Below are positions 10,831 through 22,652 of a DNA stretch of 64,000 bases, piece by piece. The translations under genes and the position numbers were made by a program. Source of the stretch: Camelus dromedarius (taxonomy: Eukaryota); NCBI RefSeq assembly GCF_036321535.1, contig NC_087437.1, positions 74,774,001 through 74,838,000 of the forward strand, written 5' to 3'. Position 1 is the stretch's first letter. Every line of letters starts with the position of its first letter. Under the pieces are notes generated by a model that had not been told where the DNA came from, did not search any database, and saw only the letters and a list, made by a program, of their open reading frames with translations.

Positions 10831-12679
10831 CCCATAAATGTAAGATTTCTGAAAAGCAAAGTCTAACCCACAGCTTTAAAAACCAACTAAAATGCCTTTA
10901 TTTTTACCCTAACTTACACTTGCAGAAGAGATTTTTCCTCTCATGCTTTCAAACATTTGTTATATATCTCAAATACGTGAGAGATGTATTTATATGATAT
11001 ATACACATACACATATATGTGTATATATATTTTAATTAAATTTTATATATATATATTTAACTTCTATTTCCCTTACCATAAGGAAGCCTTTATAGGTAGA
11101 GATCATGCCTCACTCAATGTTTTATCTTTGCCTCTAGCACAGAGTTAGTCCTTGATAGTTGTTTGTTGAATTGGTGCATGCATGCATAATTAAACCATGG
11201 TTACTGAGGTCCTTGAGTGAATGGCAGTTTATGCCAATGGTAAAATTTGGGCCCTATTTTTGTGTTGGTGATAAAGTTAGGCTGGCTAAACCCCACAGGC
11301 GGGGTCTCTGGTTGGTCACTGCATTAGCACAACCAAAGGGATGACTGAGGTCTGAAATCCAGGCCTTGCTCCTCCCGACCCCCATCACGTGCCCAGGAGA
11401 GGGGCTTCATCAGCCTGGAAGGGGTACTTTTTCTATTTGCTCAGAGTCACTATATGAGTTTACACCGGGCTGCCCATGGTGGCATCTGAGAGGGTCTGGA
11501 GGCCCTTAATCAGAGAGTAATGTCCATCTGGCCATTTGTGTGTTACAGAGCTGCAGGAGAGCACAAGGAAGGGATGGCACATTGACCCTCAGGAGCAGGA
11601 GACTGAGTATCTCATTTCACCTCTTTCTCTCTTTTCATCTGGCCCTCACTTGAACACCCATTTATTTAAATTTCAGCTTCTGGAACAGGTACTCCCACCA
11701 CTAAAAAACTGGGGATTATAACCTCCATTTGGGGAGCCAGAAATTTAAATCAAAGGGAAAGCATCTGAAGACACATGGAGTAACTGGACTGAGGCTGCAA
11801 ATGGTTCCTTGCTGAACCCGTTTTAACTCAGCAGCATGGAGGGCAGCTGGAGAACCTGGAGACTGAGAGGCAAATACAGGAGGATGGAGGATCCCGCACA
11901 GTGTGCTAGTGTCCAGCCTGCAGGCCTGCGTTCTCTGGGTCTGCTTCACTGGCATTCCCAATGCCACCGTGAGCTACTGACTGTATTAGTGGGTTTGTGG
12001 AGACTTGTGGGCTCCTGGCCCCCAGAAAGCTCCCTCCTCCAGTAAGGTTGCCATATATATATATATCCTATGAACTGTGATGCTTTGGATTGTTCCCCTC
12101 AGCTCCTGAAGCAGATATTCCTGGGTTCCTCCCTGGACACTGTAGATTGTAAAATGTGAGGATCAGAGTTATTTATTACAGGCAACTTCCTCTCCAGGCG
12201 GCGGACCAATTTCCTCTTCTCCAGATGGCTCTCACAGGCCAGCCAAAGAAGGGACTGCTGGCCATCTGCTTCCTGTTGCCTTTTCAAGCTGGCTAGCCAC
12301 TCAGCAAGGCTGGCAAAGCCCAGTGCACCAGCTGACAGTCTAGGCTGCCCCTGCTGGCCTTGCACCCTGCCACACTAGGTGTGATAATGCAGGGGCCATG
12401 CTGAAATCAGTATTTGACACTCATGAGGCGGGAAAACTTCCTTCCAAACTCAGGTCGGCCAGCTTCCTGATGGCAAACATACAAAGATGCCTGTCCTGGA
12501 ACTTCCTCTGACAGTGGTATTCCACTGACTTAATATGGGACTAACAGGGATGACTTTGGGTAGAAGAAAGCCAGTGTTTGTGGTCAATAGACAGGACAAA
12601 TTGTAACATAATTTTGAATCCCGTATTAGTAACATAATTCAATCATAATTACCAATTTACCTTCCCTTTTTTGTTTTCT

Positions 12680-13200
12680 GTTCTTTCTGATTAGATGTTT
12701 ATTTATTTACAATGACAAAATAGCATCTACTCATTGCAGAAAATCTATAAAGTAGAGCTGGAGATTTAAAAAATCACCTATAATCCCATGAACCACAGAG
12801 ATTACTATTTATTTTGTTGTTTAACTATTGTTTTTTTCTTAGCATATTTGAGCTCCCATTCTATATGCAATTTTTTTTGCTTTGGTTTTGTGGCTTAATG
12901 TTAAATATAAAAATTTTTAAATTTAACGAATAAAAATAATAAATCTTTATAAAAATATTTTTGATGACTAGTATTATAATGCATGGTAATATCTTAATTT
13001 ACTTAACCACTCCCTAATCTCTGGACATTAAGATTTTTTCAATTTTTTACTATTTTAAACAATTCTATAATGAACATCTTTGTGCATGAAACTTATTTTT
13101 GTACTTTAGATTATTTCTTAAGGATTATTTCCTTGAGATAGAATGACTGTGCCAATTTTAAGGAAAATTTATTATACTGCCAAACTGCTTTAAAATATAT
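12680..13200 (-). mobile_element. Old L1 (L1ME-like) 3' fragment
   Basis: 'aatttacttaaccactccctaatctctggacattaagatt...ataatgaacatctttgtgca...gatagaatgactg'. Confidence 0.6.
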
Positions 13201-14169
13201 ATATATATCAAGAGTGTTGGTTTCATAGTTTCTTCAACAATAGATATTTTCTTCCTTTTTGAAATTTCAGCTGATCTGATGCATTTTCCCATCTCAAAAC
13301 CATAAGTCTTAATAATAGATAGGTCTGGATAGAGACGCTAAACCTATTACACTGCACCAGACCTTCATTATGCCAAGTTCCATTCAATGGATCTAGGATT
13401 TTAACTTCTGACTCAGGTGGGGATGTATTATGAATCACTGTGACTGAAAGGGGTCTGCTGTGCTCAGAGCCACAGGGTGATGCTCCTCTTTGAATACTGC
13501 TTTCTTATTGGCTCACCTCCATTAGCTGGCTCTGTGGCAGTCATTGATAGCCCTGGGTCCTTCTTTAATGGCACCTTCCCAAGGCCAGGTGGCCCCTCCT
13601 ACAGGGAACAGCAAGGGTGCTCTGCAGAGTGGTGAGGCTCTTAGTGCCAAGTCAAGCATGATGGCTGGCTCTCAGAGGAGAGGTTCAGCAGGAAAGCTGG
13701 AGTCCTGCTAGGAGGCCAGGCTGCTTCAGAGGCCCTGCGGTGAGAGGCCAGCACACCTGGCCTTCTCTGGACTTATGTCCATGAGCTGAAGAACCCAGTG
13801 GGTGGTGATGTATCCTATTGTTATGCCATCTGTCACAGCCCCAGTTGTTTCTTTAGTTCTATCTTTGCTGAGCCTTTTAAGTCTCTAATTAGTACAGATT
13901 TTCCGCTACTGGCCCTGTTGAAATTTGTGCCTTGTCTTCTTCTCTCCGATAAACCAAATCTTGTCTATCTTCCCAGGCACCACTAATTCCATCCCTCAAG
14001 TAATATATTCTGGTATTTCTGGACTCACTTATCTCTCCCTTTTCTGTATCTCCATAGTTTTGAAAAATTATTATTAGATACCAAACATTTTGGTATTTGA
14101 TCAACTATAATTTTGTATTTTCTCCTAATTTGTCTGTATTATCTAGTCTTGTGGTCTCAACAATATCAC

Positions 14170-14594
14170 AGTTTTTAGAAGAGAGATTTGAGTATATACT
14201 CAGTCTATAAATTTCCATTGAGCTAGACCTCATATGGCAGACTGTCTACTTGATATCACTCCATGAACATTACACAACCTATCATACCCAAAGTTGGACT
14301 TATTCTAGCATTCCCTGGACTGACATGTTTATTACCTCCCTACTTTCACCCAATCACCAATCCAAAATTTATACAAATGAAAAATAAATTTTTATATTTC
14401 GAATAAGTCCACTTTGGCCCACCTTCACTGCAAATCTAACTGGTCTCCTCACATACATCCTGGAACTCATCCAATCCTTCCTTTTTCTATATTACAACCA
14501 AAGTGATCTTTGCAAAACCTAAATTTGATCATACCATGCTCCACACCCCAACACAGACTGTTTTAAAACTTTTAATGGCTTCCCTTCCTCTTTT
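14170..14594 (+). mobile_element. L2 fragment, resuming at 15127-15290
   Basis: 'gagctagacctcatatggcagactgtctacttgatatc...gtgatctttgcaaaacctaaatttgatcatacc'. Confidence 0.65.
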
Positions 14595-15126
14595 TTTCCC
14601 TGAAATTTGTTATTATGGTAATTAAATATATATATAAAACATAAAATTTGCTGTTTTGACCAATTTAAATGTATAATTTCGTGAAATTAAGTACATATGC
14701 ACTGTGCAGCCATCACCACTATCTACTTCTAAAACTTTTTCATCATCCCAAACAGAAACTCTATAATCATTAAGCAATAACTTCTCATTTCCCCTACCCT
14801 CAGTGACTGGTAACATCTAATTTACTTTCTTTCTCTATGAATTTATCTATTCTACATGTTTCATATGAATAGACTTGTACAGTATTTGTACTTTTTTGTC
14901 TGGCTTTTTCCATAATATTTCCAAGGTTTATCCAGGATGTGGTATGTATCAGAATTTCATTCCTTTTTATGACTGAATGATATTCCATTGTAGGGATATA
15001 TCACAAATTGTTGACTCATTCATCTGTTGATGAACACTTGTTTCCACGTATTGACTATTGTGAATAATGCTGCAGTGAACATTTACATACAACTATCTGT
15101 CTGAGTCCTTGCTTTCAATTCTTTTG
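14595..15126 (-). mobile_element. L1MB-like 3' end inserted into L2, with 11-bp TSD
   Basis: L1 3'UTR antisense; ORF2 C-terminus MEYHSVIKRNEILIHTTSWINLGNIM; TSD cttcctctttt at 14584-14594 and 15127-15137. Confidence 0.85.
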
Positions 15127-15291
15127 CTTCCTCTTTTATTTAGTATTAAAAAATAAATGTCTTAACCTGGCATATAAGGCTCTGCGTGGTCTGGTCCCTC
15201 TGTGTCTCATCCCCAGCATCTTCTGCTCTTTAAGCTCTCTCTTCTCTTTATAGAGTCCTCACACCTGCATGGCTGCTTCCTGTATCAGCTG

Positions 15292-15460
15292 GAGAACAAT
15301 TGGGTTATTTTCACTTTTTGGCTATTATGAAAAACTCTGCTGTAAACATTTATGTACAAGTTTTTGTGGGGACATGTATTTTCATTTTGGAGGGTATATA
15401 CCTAGTAATGGAATTGCTAAGGCATATGGTAACTTAATGTTTAACCCCTTCAGGAACCCA
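15292..15460 (-). mobile_element. Old L1 ORF2 3' fragment
   Basis: 'ttggctattatgaaaaactctgctgtaaacatttatgtacaag...ggaattgctaaggcatatggtaac'. Confidence 0.75.
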
Positions 15461-15467
15461 CATTCTA

Positions 15468-17918
15468 TTTTTTAATTGATGTATACTTGATGTACAGTAT
15501 TATATAAGTTACAGATGTACAATATAGTGATTCACAATTTTTAAAGATTATACTCCAGTTGTAGTTATTATAAAATATTGGTTATATTCTGTGTGGTATC
15601 CAATATATCCTTGCATCTTATTTTATAGCTAATAGTTTGTATCTCTTAATTTTACCCCAATAATGCCTCTTCTCTCTTTCCTTTCCCCATTGGCAACCAC
15701 TAGTTTGTTCTCTATATCTGTGAGTCTGCTTCTTTTTTGCTGTGATCAAAAGTTTGTTTTCTTTTTTATATAAGTGATATACAGTATTTGTCTTTCTCTG
15801 TCTGACTTATTTCACTTAGCCTAATGCCCTCCAAGTCCATCTGTGTTGCTGCAAATGACAAAATTTCATTGTGTTTTGTAGATGAGTAGTATTCCACCGT
15901 ATATATGTATATATATGCCCCATCTTTTTTATCCATTCTTCTGTTGGTGAACACTTAGGTTGCTTCCTTATCTTAGCAATTGTAGATAATGCTACTGTGA
16001 ACATGGGGGTTTATGTATCTTTTCAAATTAATGTTTTTATTTCTTTTAGATATATACCCAGGAGTAGAATTCCTGAGTGGTATGATAGTTCTAGTTTCAG
16101 CTTTTTCAGAAACCTCCATACTGTTTTCCATAGTGGCTGCACCAATTTATATTACCACCCACAGTGTACAAGAGTTTCCTTTTCTCCGCATTCTCACCAA
16201 CGTTTGTTATTTGTGTTCTTTTTGATGATAGCCATTCTGACAGGTGTGAGGTGATATCTCATTGTGGTTTTGATTTGCATTTCTCTGATAATTAGTGATG
16301 TTGAGTATCTTTTCATGTGCCTGTTGGCCATCTGCATTTTTCCTTTGGAAAAAATGTCTACTCAGTTCTTCTGCCCATTTTTTAATTGTGTGTTTTTTTT
16401 TTATGTTGAGTTGTATGAGCTGCTTATGTATGTTAGATATTAACCCCTTATCAGTCCTATCATTTGCAAATATTTTCTCCCATTCAGTACGTTGCCTTTT
16501 TGTTTTGTCAATGGTTTCCTTTGCTGTACAAATGCTTTTAAATTTAATTAGGCCCTATTTGTTTATTTTTTTGTATTTCCTTTGCTTTAAAAGACAGATC
16601 CAAAAAAGTTTTGCTACAATTTATGTCAAAGAATGTTCTGCCTATGTTTTCCTCTAGGAGTTATAGAGTATCCATTCTTACATTTAGGTCTTTAAATCTG
16701 TTTTGAGTCTGTTTTTATCTATGATGTTAGAGCATGTTCTAATTTCATTATTTTACATGCAGCTGCCCAGTTTCCCCAGCACCACTTATTGAAGAGACTG
16801 CCTTTTCTCCATTTTATATTCTTGCCTCCTGTGTCATAGATTAATTGACCATAAGTGTGTGAGTTTATTTCTGAGCTCTCTGTTCTGTTCCCTTGATCCA
16901 CATGTCTGTTTTTGTGCCAGAACCATACTGTTTTGATTACTATAACTTTGTAGTATAGTGTGAAGGCTGGGAGTGTGATTCATCTAGCTCTGTTCTTTCT
17001 CAAGATTGTTTTGGCGATTCAGGGTCTTTTGTGTTTCCATGTAAATTTTAAAATTATTTCTTCTAGTTCTGTGAAAAATACCATTGGTATTTTGATAGGG
17101 ATTGAATCTGTAGATTGCCTTGGGTAGTATGGTTATTTTCACAATATTAATTCTTCTAACCCAGAAACATTGTGTATTTTTCCATTTGTTTGTGTTGTCT
17201 TCAATTTCTTTCAATAGTTTTCCAAGTACAGGTCTTTTACCTCCTTAGATAGGTTTATTCCTAGGTATTTTATTCTCTTTGATGCTATGGTAAATGAGAT
17301 TGTTTCCTTAATTTCTCTTTCTGATATTTTGTTGTTAGTGTGTAAAAATGCAATCAATTTCTGTATATTACTTTTGTATCCTGCAACTTTACCAAATTTA
17401 TTGATGAGATCTAGTAGATTTCTGGTGATCTCTTTAGGATTTTCTGTTTATAATGTCAGGTCATCTACAAACAGACTCCTTAGGATTTTCCATCTAGGTG
17501 ATCTGCTCATTTGGTATAAGTGGGGTGCTAAAGTCCCTTACTATTACTGTGTTACTGCCAATTTCTCCTTTTATGTTCATTAATATTTGCCTTATATATT
17601 TAGGTCCTCCTATGCTGGGTGCATATATATTTACCACTGTTACATCTTCTTCTTGGATTGATCCCTTGATCAAATCAAAAGACATAGAGTAGCTGAATGG
17701 ATACAAAAATAAGACTCATATATTTGCTGCCTACAAGAGACTCACTTCAGATCTAGAGACATACAGACTGAAAGTGAGGGGATGGAAAAGGTATTCCATG
17801 CAAATGGAAACCAAAAGAAAGCTGGAGTAGCAATACTTATATCACACAAAATAGAGTTTAAAATAAAGACTGTTATAAGAAACAAAGAAGGGCATTATGT
17901 AATGATCAAGGGATCAAG
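15468..17918 (-). mobile_element. Younger L1 with an internal EN-RT deletion and an inverted 5' end
   Basis: Minus strand 3'UTR plus ORF2 back to LFVDD (~17473); minus EN piece NIYAP...RDFSTPL (17474-17670); plus-strand EN N-terminus IKRHRVAEWI...CCLQETHF...HYVMIKGS (17671-17918). Confidence 0.92.
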
Positions 17919-18202
17919 ATATATTTGTTGAACAGGGCTAACAGTGTGCTGAGATGAAATTAAAGGTAAATTATAAAATATAGTCTTTTTATATGTAGTA
18001 TATCTTCAAGAGACCCATTTTTTTTTTTTTAGATTTTTCTAAAAAATATCAGGTTTTATATTATGCTGAAACTTCACAAGAAAATTTTTGGAGCTTTGCT
18101 ACTTGTTGGTCTGCTTTCAGTCTGAAGAAATCTTAATCACTTTATCCTCTGTGTATGGGATCTCACTACTACAAGCCTACATTCACTTAAAAAAAAAAAA
18201 AC

Positions 18203-20275
18203 TGTGGTAAGGAGACCTAACATGAGATCTATCCTCTGTAGTTTTTAAGTATACAATACAGTATTGTTATGATAGGGACAATGTTATACAGAAGATCTCT
18301 AGAATTTATTCATCTTCCATAACTGAAATTTTATGCCCACTGATCAGCAACTCTCCATTTTGCCCTTCCTCCCAGCTCCTGGAAAACACCATTCTACTTT
18401 CTGATTCTATGAGTTTGACTATTTTAGATACCTCATATATGTGAAATCATGCAGTATTTGTCCTCCTATGACTGACTTATTTCATTTAGGATGTCCTCCA
18501 GATTCATCTGTGTTGTCACATAATGCAGGATTTCCTTCTTTTTAAAGTATGAATAATATGTTTTTTAATGTATACTACATTTTCTTATCTGTTCATCCAT
18601 TGATGGACATTTAGGTTGTTACCATATCTTGACTATGTTGAATAGTGCTGCAGTGAACACTTGAATGCTAATATCTCTTCAAGATCCTGATTTCAATTCT
18701 TTTGGATAAATACCCACAGAGGGATTGCTGAATTATATAGTAGTTCTATTTTTACTTTTCTTAAGGAATCTCCATACTGTTTCCCATAGTGGTTGCACTA
18801 TTTTACATCCCCACCAACAGTGTGTGAGTGTTCCAGTTTCTCCACATTCTCACCAATGTTTGTTTGTTTGTTTGTTTGTTTTTATAATAGCCATCTAACA
18901 GGTATGAGATGATATCTCATTATGGTTTTGATTTGAATTTCCCTGACAACTAGTGATGTTGAGCATCATTTCATATATCAGAGAAATGTCTATTAAAGTC
19001 TTTAGCCCATTTTAAAATTGTGTTATTAATTTTTTTGCTATTGTGTTTTAGGAATTCCTTATACATTTTAGGAACTAACACGTATCTGGTATATGGTTTG
19101 CAAATACTTTCTCCCATTTTGTAGATTGCCTTTCACTTCATTGCTTATTACCTATGCTGTGCAAAGCTTTGTAGTTTGATAAAGTCCCATGTGTCTATTT
19201 TTACTTTTGTTGTTTGGTGTTATATACATAAAATCATTGCCAAGACCGAATGTCATGAAGATTTTCCCCTATGTTTTCTTTTTGAGTTTTATAACTTAAA
19301 GTTCTGCATTTAAGTCTTTATTTTGTGTTGACTTTTTGTATGATGTAAGTTAAGAGTCCAATTCCATTCTTTTGCATGCAGATATCTAATTTTACTAGCA
19401 CCAGTTGTTGAAGATACTATCCTTTCTCCGTAATGTATTCTTGGAAGCCTTGTTGAAGATCAATTGACCATATATGCATGGATTGATTTTGAGTTTTCTA
19501 ACCTATTCCATTGGTCTGCATGTCTTTCTTTATGCCAGAACCATACAGTTTTAATTACTATAACTTTGTAATATTTTTGAAATCAGAGAGTATGTTATCT
19601 CCAGCTTTATTCTTTCTCAAGATTGATTTTTGTAGTGAGTAAGTTCCTAGAAACATACAACATAGTAAGACTGAATTATGATGAAACAGAAAATCTGAAC
19701 AGATCAATAATGAGTAAGGAGATTAAGTCAGTTATCAAAAATCTCCCAACAAAGAAAGCCCAGGTCCAGTTGACTTTACTGGTGAATTCTGCCAAATATT
19801 TAAATTAGAATTAGTGCCAGGCCTTCTCAAAGTCTTCCAAAAATTGAAGAGGAGGGAACACCCAAACTTATTTTATGAGGTCAGCATTACCTTGATACCA
19901 AACCCAGATAAATATAACACAAGAAAAGAAAACTACAGGCCAATATCCCTAGTGAATATAGATGAAAAAACCTTCAACAAAATACTATCAAATCAATCCA
20001 ATCTAACATTTCATTAAAAAATTCTAGGTCACATTAAAAGGATCACACACCATGACCAACTAGGATTTATCACTGGGATGCAAGGATGGTTCAACATATG
20101 CAAATCAATTAATATAATACACCATATTAACAGAATGAAGGATAAAAATCACACAGTTGTTTCAATAGATGTGGAAAATTCTCAGTAAACTAGGAATAGA
20201 AGGAAAATACATCAACATAATAAAGGCCATTATGAAAAGATCACAGCTGGTATCATACTCAACAGTGAAAAACTT
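18203..20275 (-). mobile_element. L1MA9-like L1 with an inverted 5' segment
   Basis: Minus 3' end and ORF2 C-terminus (18203-~19630), then plus-strand ORF2 FLETYN...ENYRPISLVNID...GMQGWFNI...ILNSEKL (~19636-20275). Confidence 0.88.
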
Positions 20276-20399
20276 TTATGTAAGTGATGAGAGATGTTTA
20301 GATTCTGGGTATATTTTGATTTAACAGAATTTGCTGATGAGATTGGATGTGTAATCTGTAAAAAACTGGAGTCAAGAATGACTGAAACAGGGAAAAAAA

Positions 20400-20728
20400 A
20401 AACAAACTACCAAACTGTTTTCTAAAGTGACTGTATCATTTTGCATGTGCATCAGCAATTTATGAGTGATCCAGTTTCTCCACATCTTTGTCAGCATTTG
20501 GTGTTGTCACTATTTTTTATATTAGCCATCCTAATAATGTGTAGTAGTATCTCATGATTTTAATTTGCATTTCTCAAAAAATCCTAACAAAAACAAAAAA
20601 GAATCATTGAAATGGAATTAGATAGTGATGATGATTGCATAACTTCATGAACATACTAACAACCGTTGAATCGTATACTTAAAAAGAGTGAATTTTATGG
20701 CATGTGAATTATATCTCAAATAAAAAAT
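20400..20728. mobile_element. Old L1 pieces: minus ORF2 fragment (20400-20575) and plus 3' end (20605-20728)
   Basis: 'caaactgttttctaaagtgactgtatcattttgc' and 'gaattttatggcatgtgaattatatctcaaataaaaaa'. Confidence 0.7.
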
Positions 20729-20729
20729 A

Positions 20730-22145
20730 ATGGTTACTGAATTGTTTTTGTCTTGAACAACTAGAAGAATCTATTGGCAAATACTAATGTAAGAAAGATG
20801 TGGTCAAGGGAGCAGGGCTTTTTTGGAGCGGAGGAAGAAAACAGAAGTTTAGATATATAAGTTTGAGATGCCCATTAGACATCCACATGTAAATGTTTAC
20901 TATATTGTTGGATATATGAATCTGAAATTCCGGGGAAAGTTTCAGTTTGGAGGTAGATATTAGGCATTGTCAGAATGTAGAAGGTATTTAAAGCCACAAG
21001 ACAGGATGAAGTCCCCTAGAAGGAGACTGTAAATACAGAAGAGAAATACTTATCCAGGGACACTCCAACATTTAGAGATCAGAGAGATGTGAAAAATCAG
21101 CCAAAAAGACTGAAAAAGAGGAGTTGGTGAGGTAGGGAGAGAACTAGATGTCTGAAATATCAGATAAGGAACATGCCTTCTGAAGCAGAAGTAATCAGTT
21201 CCACCAAATGCTGCTAATAGGCCAAATAAAATAAAAATTGAGAATTTATCATCATACTTACAAATTAGTGGTTATGACAAGATTTCTTTTGATGGTATTG
21301 GGGAGCAAAACCCCACAAGGGTTTTGGTGAGTGGGTGAGAGGTAAGTGGGAGGAGGGGAATGGGCATTAATGGGAACAGAGAAATTGGAGAGGGAGAGGA
21401 AGGAAAATATGGAACCAAGAAAGGTTTTTTTCTTTTCTTTTGAAATGGGATAAATAAGGCATGTTTATAGGCTAATGGGGAAGAACCATGGAGACAGTGA
21501 AAATTGATGATGAAGGAGAGAGAAAAGAGAATGGTTATAATGATAAACTTGAATGCAAATGAAGAGGATGGGGCCAGTGACAAGTGGAAGATTGTCTTTA
21601 GATAGGAGTCCAGACAGTTTATATGTTGTGTAACAGGAGGAATGTGAGTGTATAGAGGCACAGGTTCTAGTAGGCTGGTAGATGAGGTTGTTTGTGTAGT
21701 TTTCTTACTGATTCTGTTGTCTTCCAGAAATGGAAACCAAAGCCCTTGGCCAAGAGTGAGGATGGAAGAGATGCTGGAGATTTGTCAAAAGGGAGGCTAT
21801 TAAATGCCTATCTAGAAGAGTGAGAGGAGGAAAGAATTAGGGAAATGTAGTTGACCTTCTAGGTAGTGTCAGGAGCCCATGTGAGAGATTACTGGTCATG
21901 AATTTAAAGTGAGACGTGTCTGCACAGTTTGTGTGTGTGTTTTTCCCAACCACAACACAGGTACAGGTGTGGAGTAAGCTAAGTTGGATTATTCAGAATT
22001 GGAGATTTTTTTTTGAGATGAATAGACTGGGAAAACATGTAAAGAGTTGTGGGTGTACACAAAAAAGTGTTATAGTGATGAACCATGACCTCTAAGCCCA
22101 GTAAAGAAGAAAGGACCTGAGGGGAGGGAAGGGCAGTGAATAATG
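20730..22145 (-). mobile_element. Long L2 fragment (also 20280-20390)
   Basis: 'aagtttgagatgcccattagacatcc...gaaggtatttaaagccacaagacaggatga...aaatgctgctaataggcc'. Confidence 0.8.
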
Positions 22146-22553
22146 GTAGACATAACAACTCTGCTGCATCCCTGGACATCTAAATCCAGCAGCACAAATG
22201 ACCTAGTAAAAACTCAAGGCAAAAAAAACCAAAAACAAAAACAAAAACCAAAACCTCAAGGCTCACTGAAATATTCTTCATGTGAACTCAACTGATGATA
22301 TTCCAAGTTGTGAATAAAAATCTCTTAACACATTTTTTTCTTGTAGGGAATGACAATTGAATTGAGTTATCGTTGCTTAGAGGCAAGAAAAGAGTAGTAG
22401 TCTGTTCATGACTAAATGTGTCAGTACTTAAAAATATTCTGAGTCAATATTTAATTAACAAATTGCCATGCTCATTTTACAGATAGCACAATATGAGAGA
22501 ATTAGCTACAGAATGAAGAATTAATGAATCACTGTCAGGAAAACATGGGAGAT

Positions 22554-22652
22554 ACACACACACACAAACACACACACACACACATATATATATATAATAT
22601 AACATATATAAAATATAAAATAATATATAATATATAAAAAATATATATATAT
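22554..22652. repeat. (CA)n-(TA)n/AT-rich simple repeat
   Basis: Directly visible. Confidence 0.85.
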
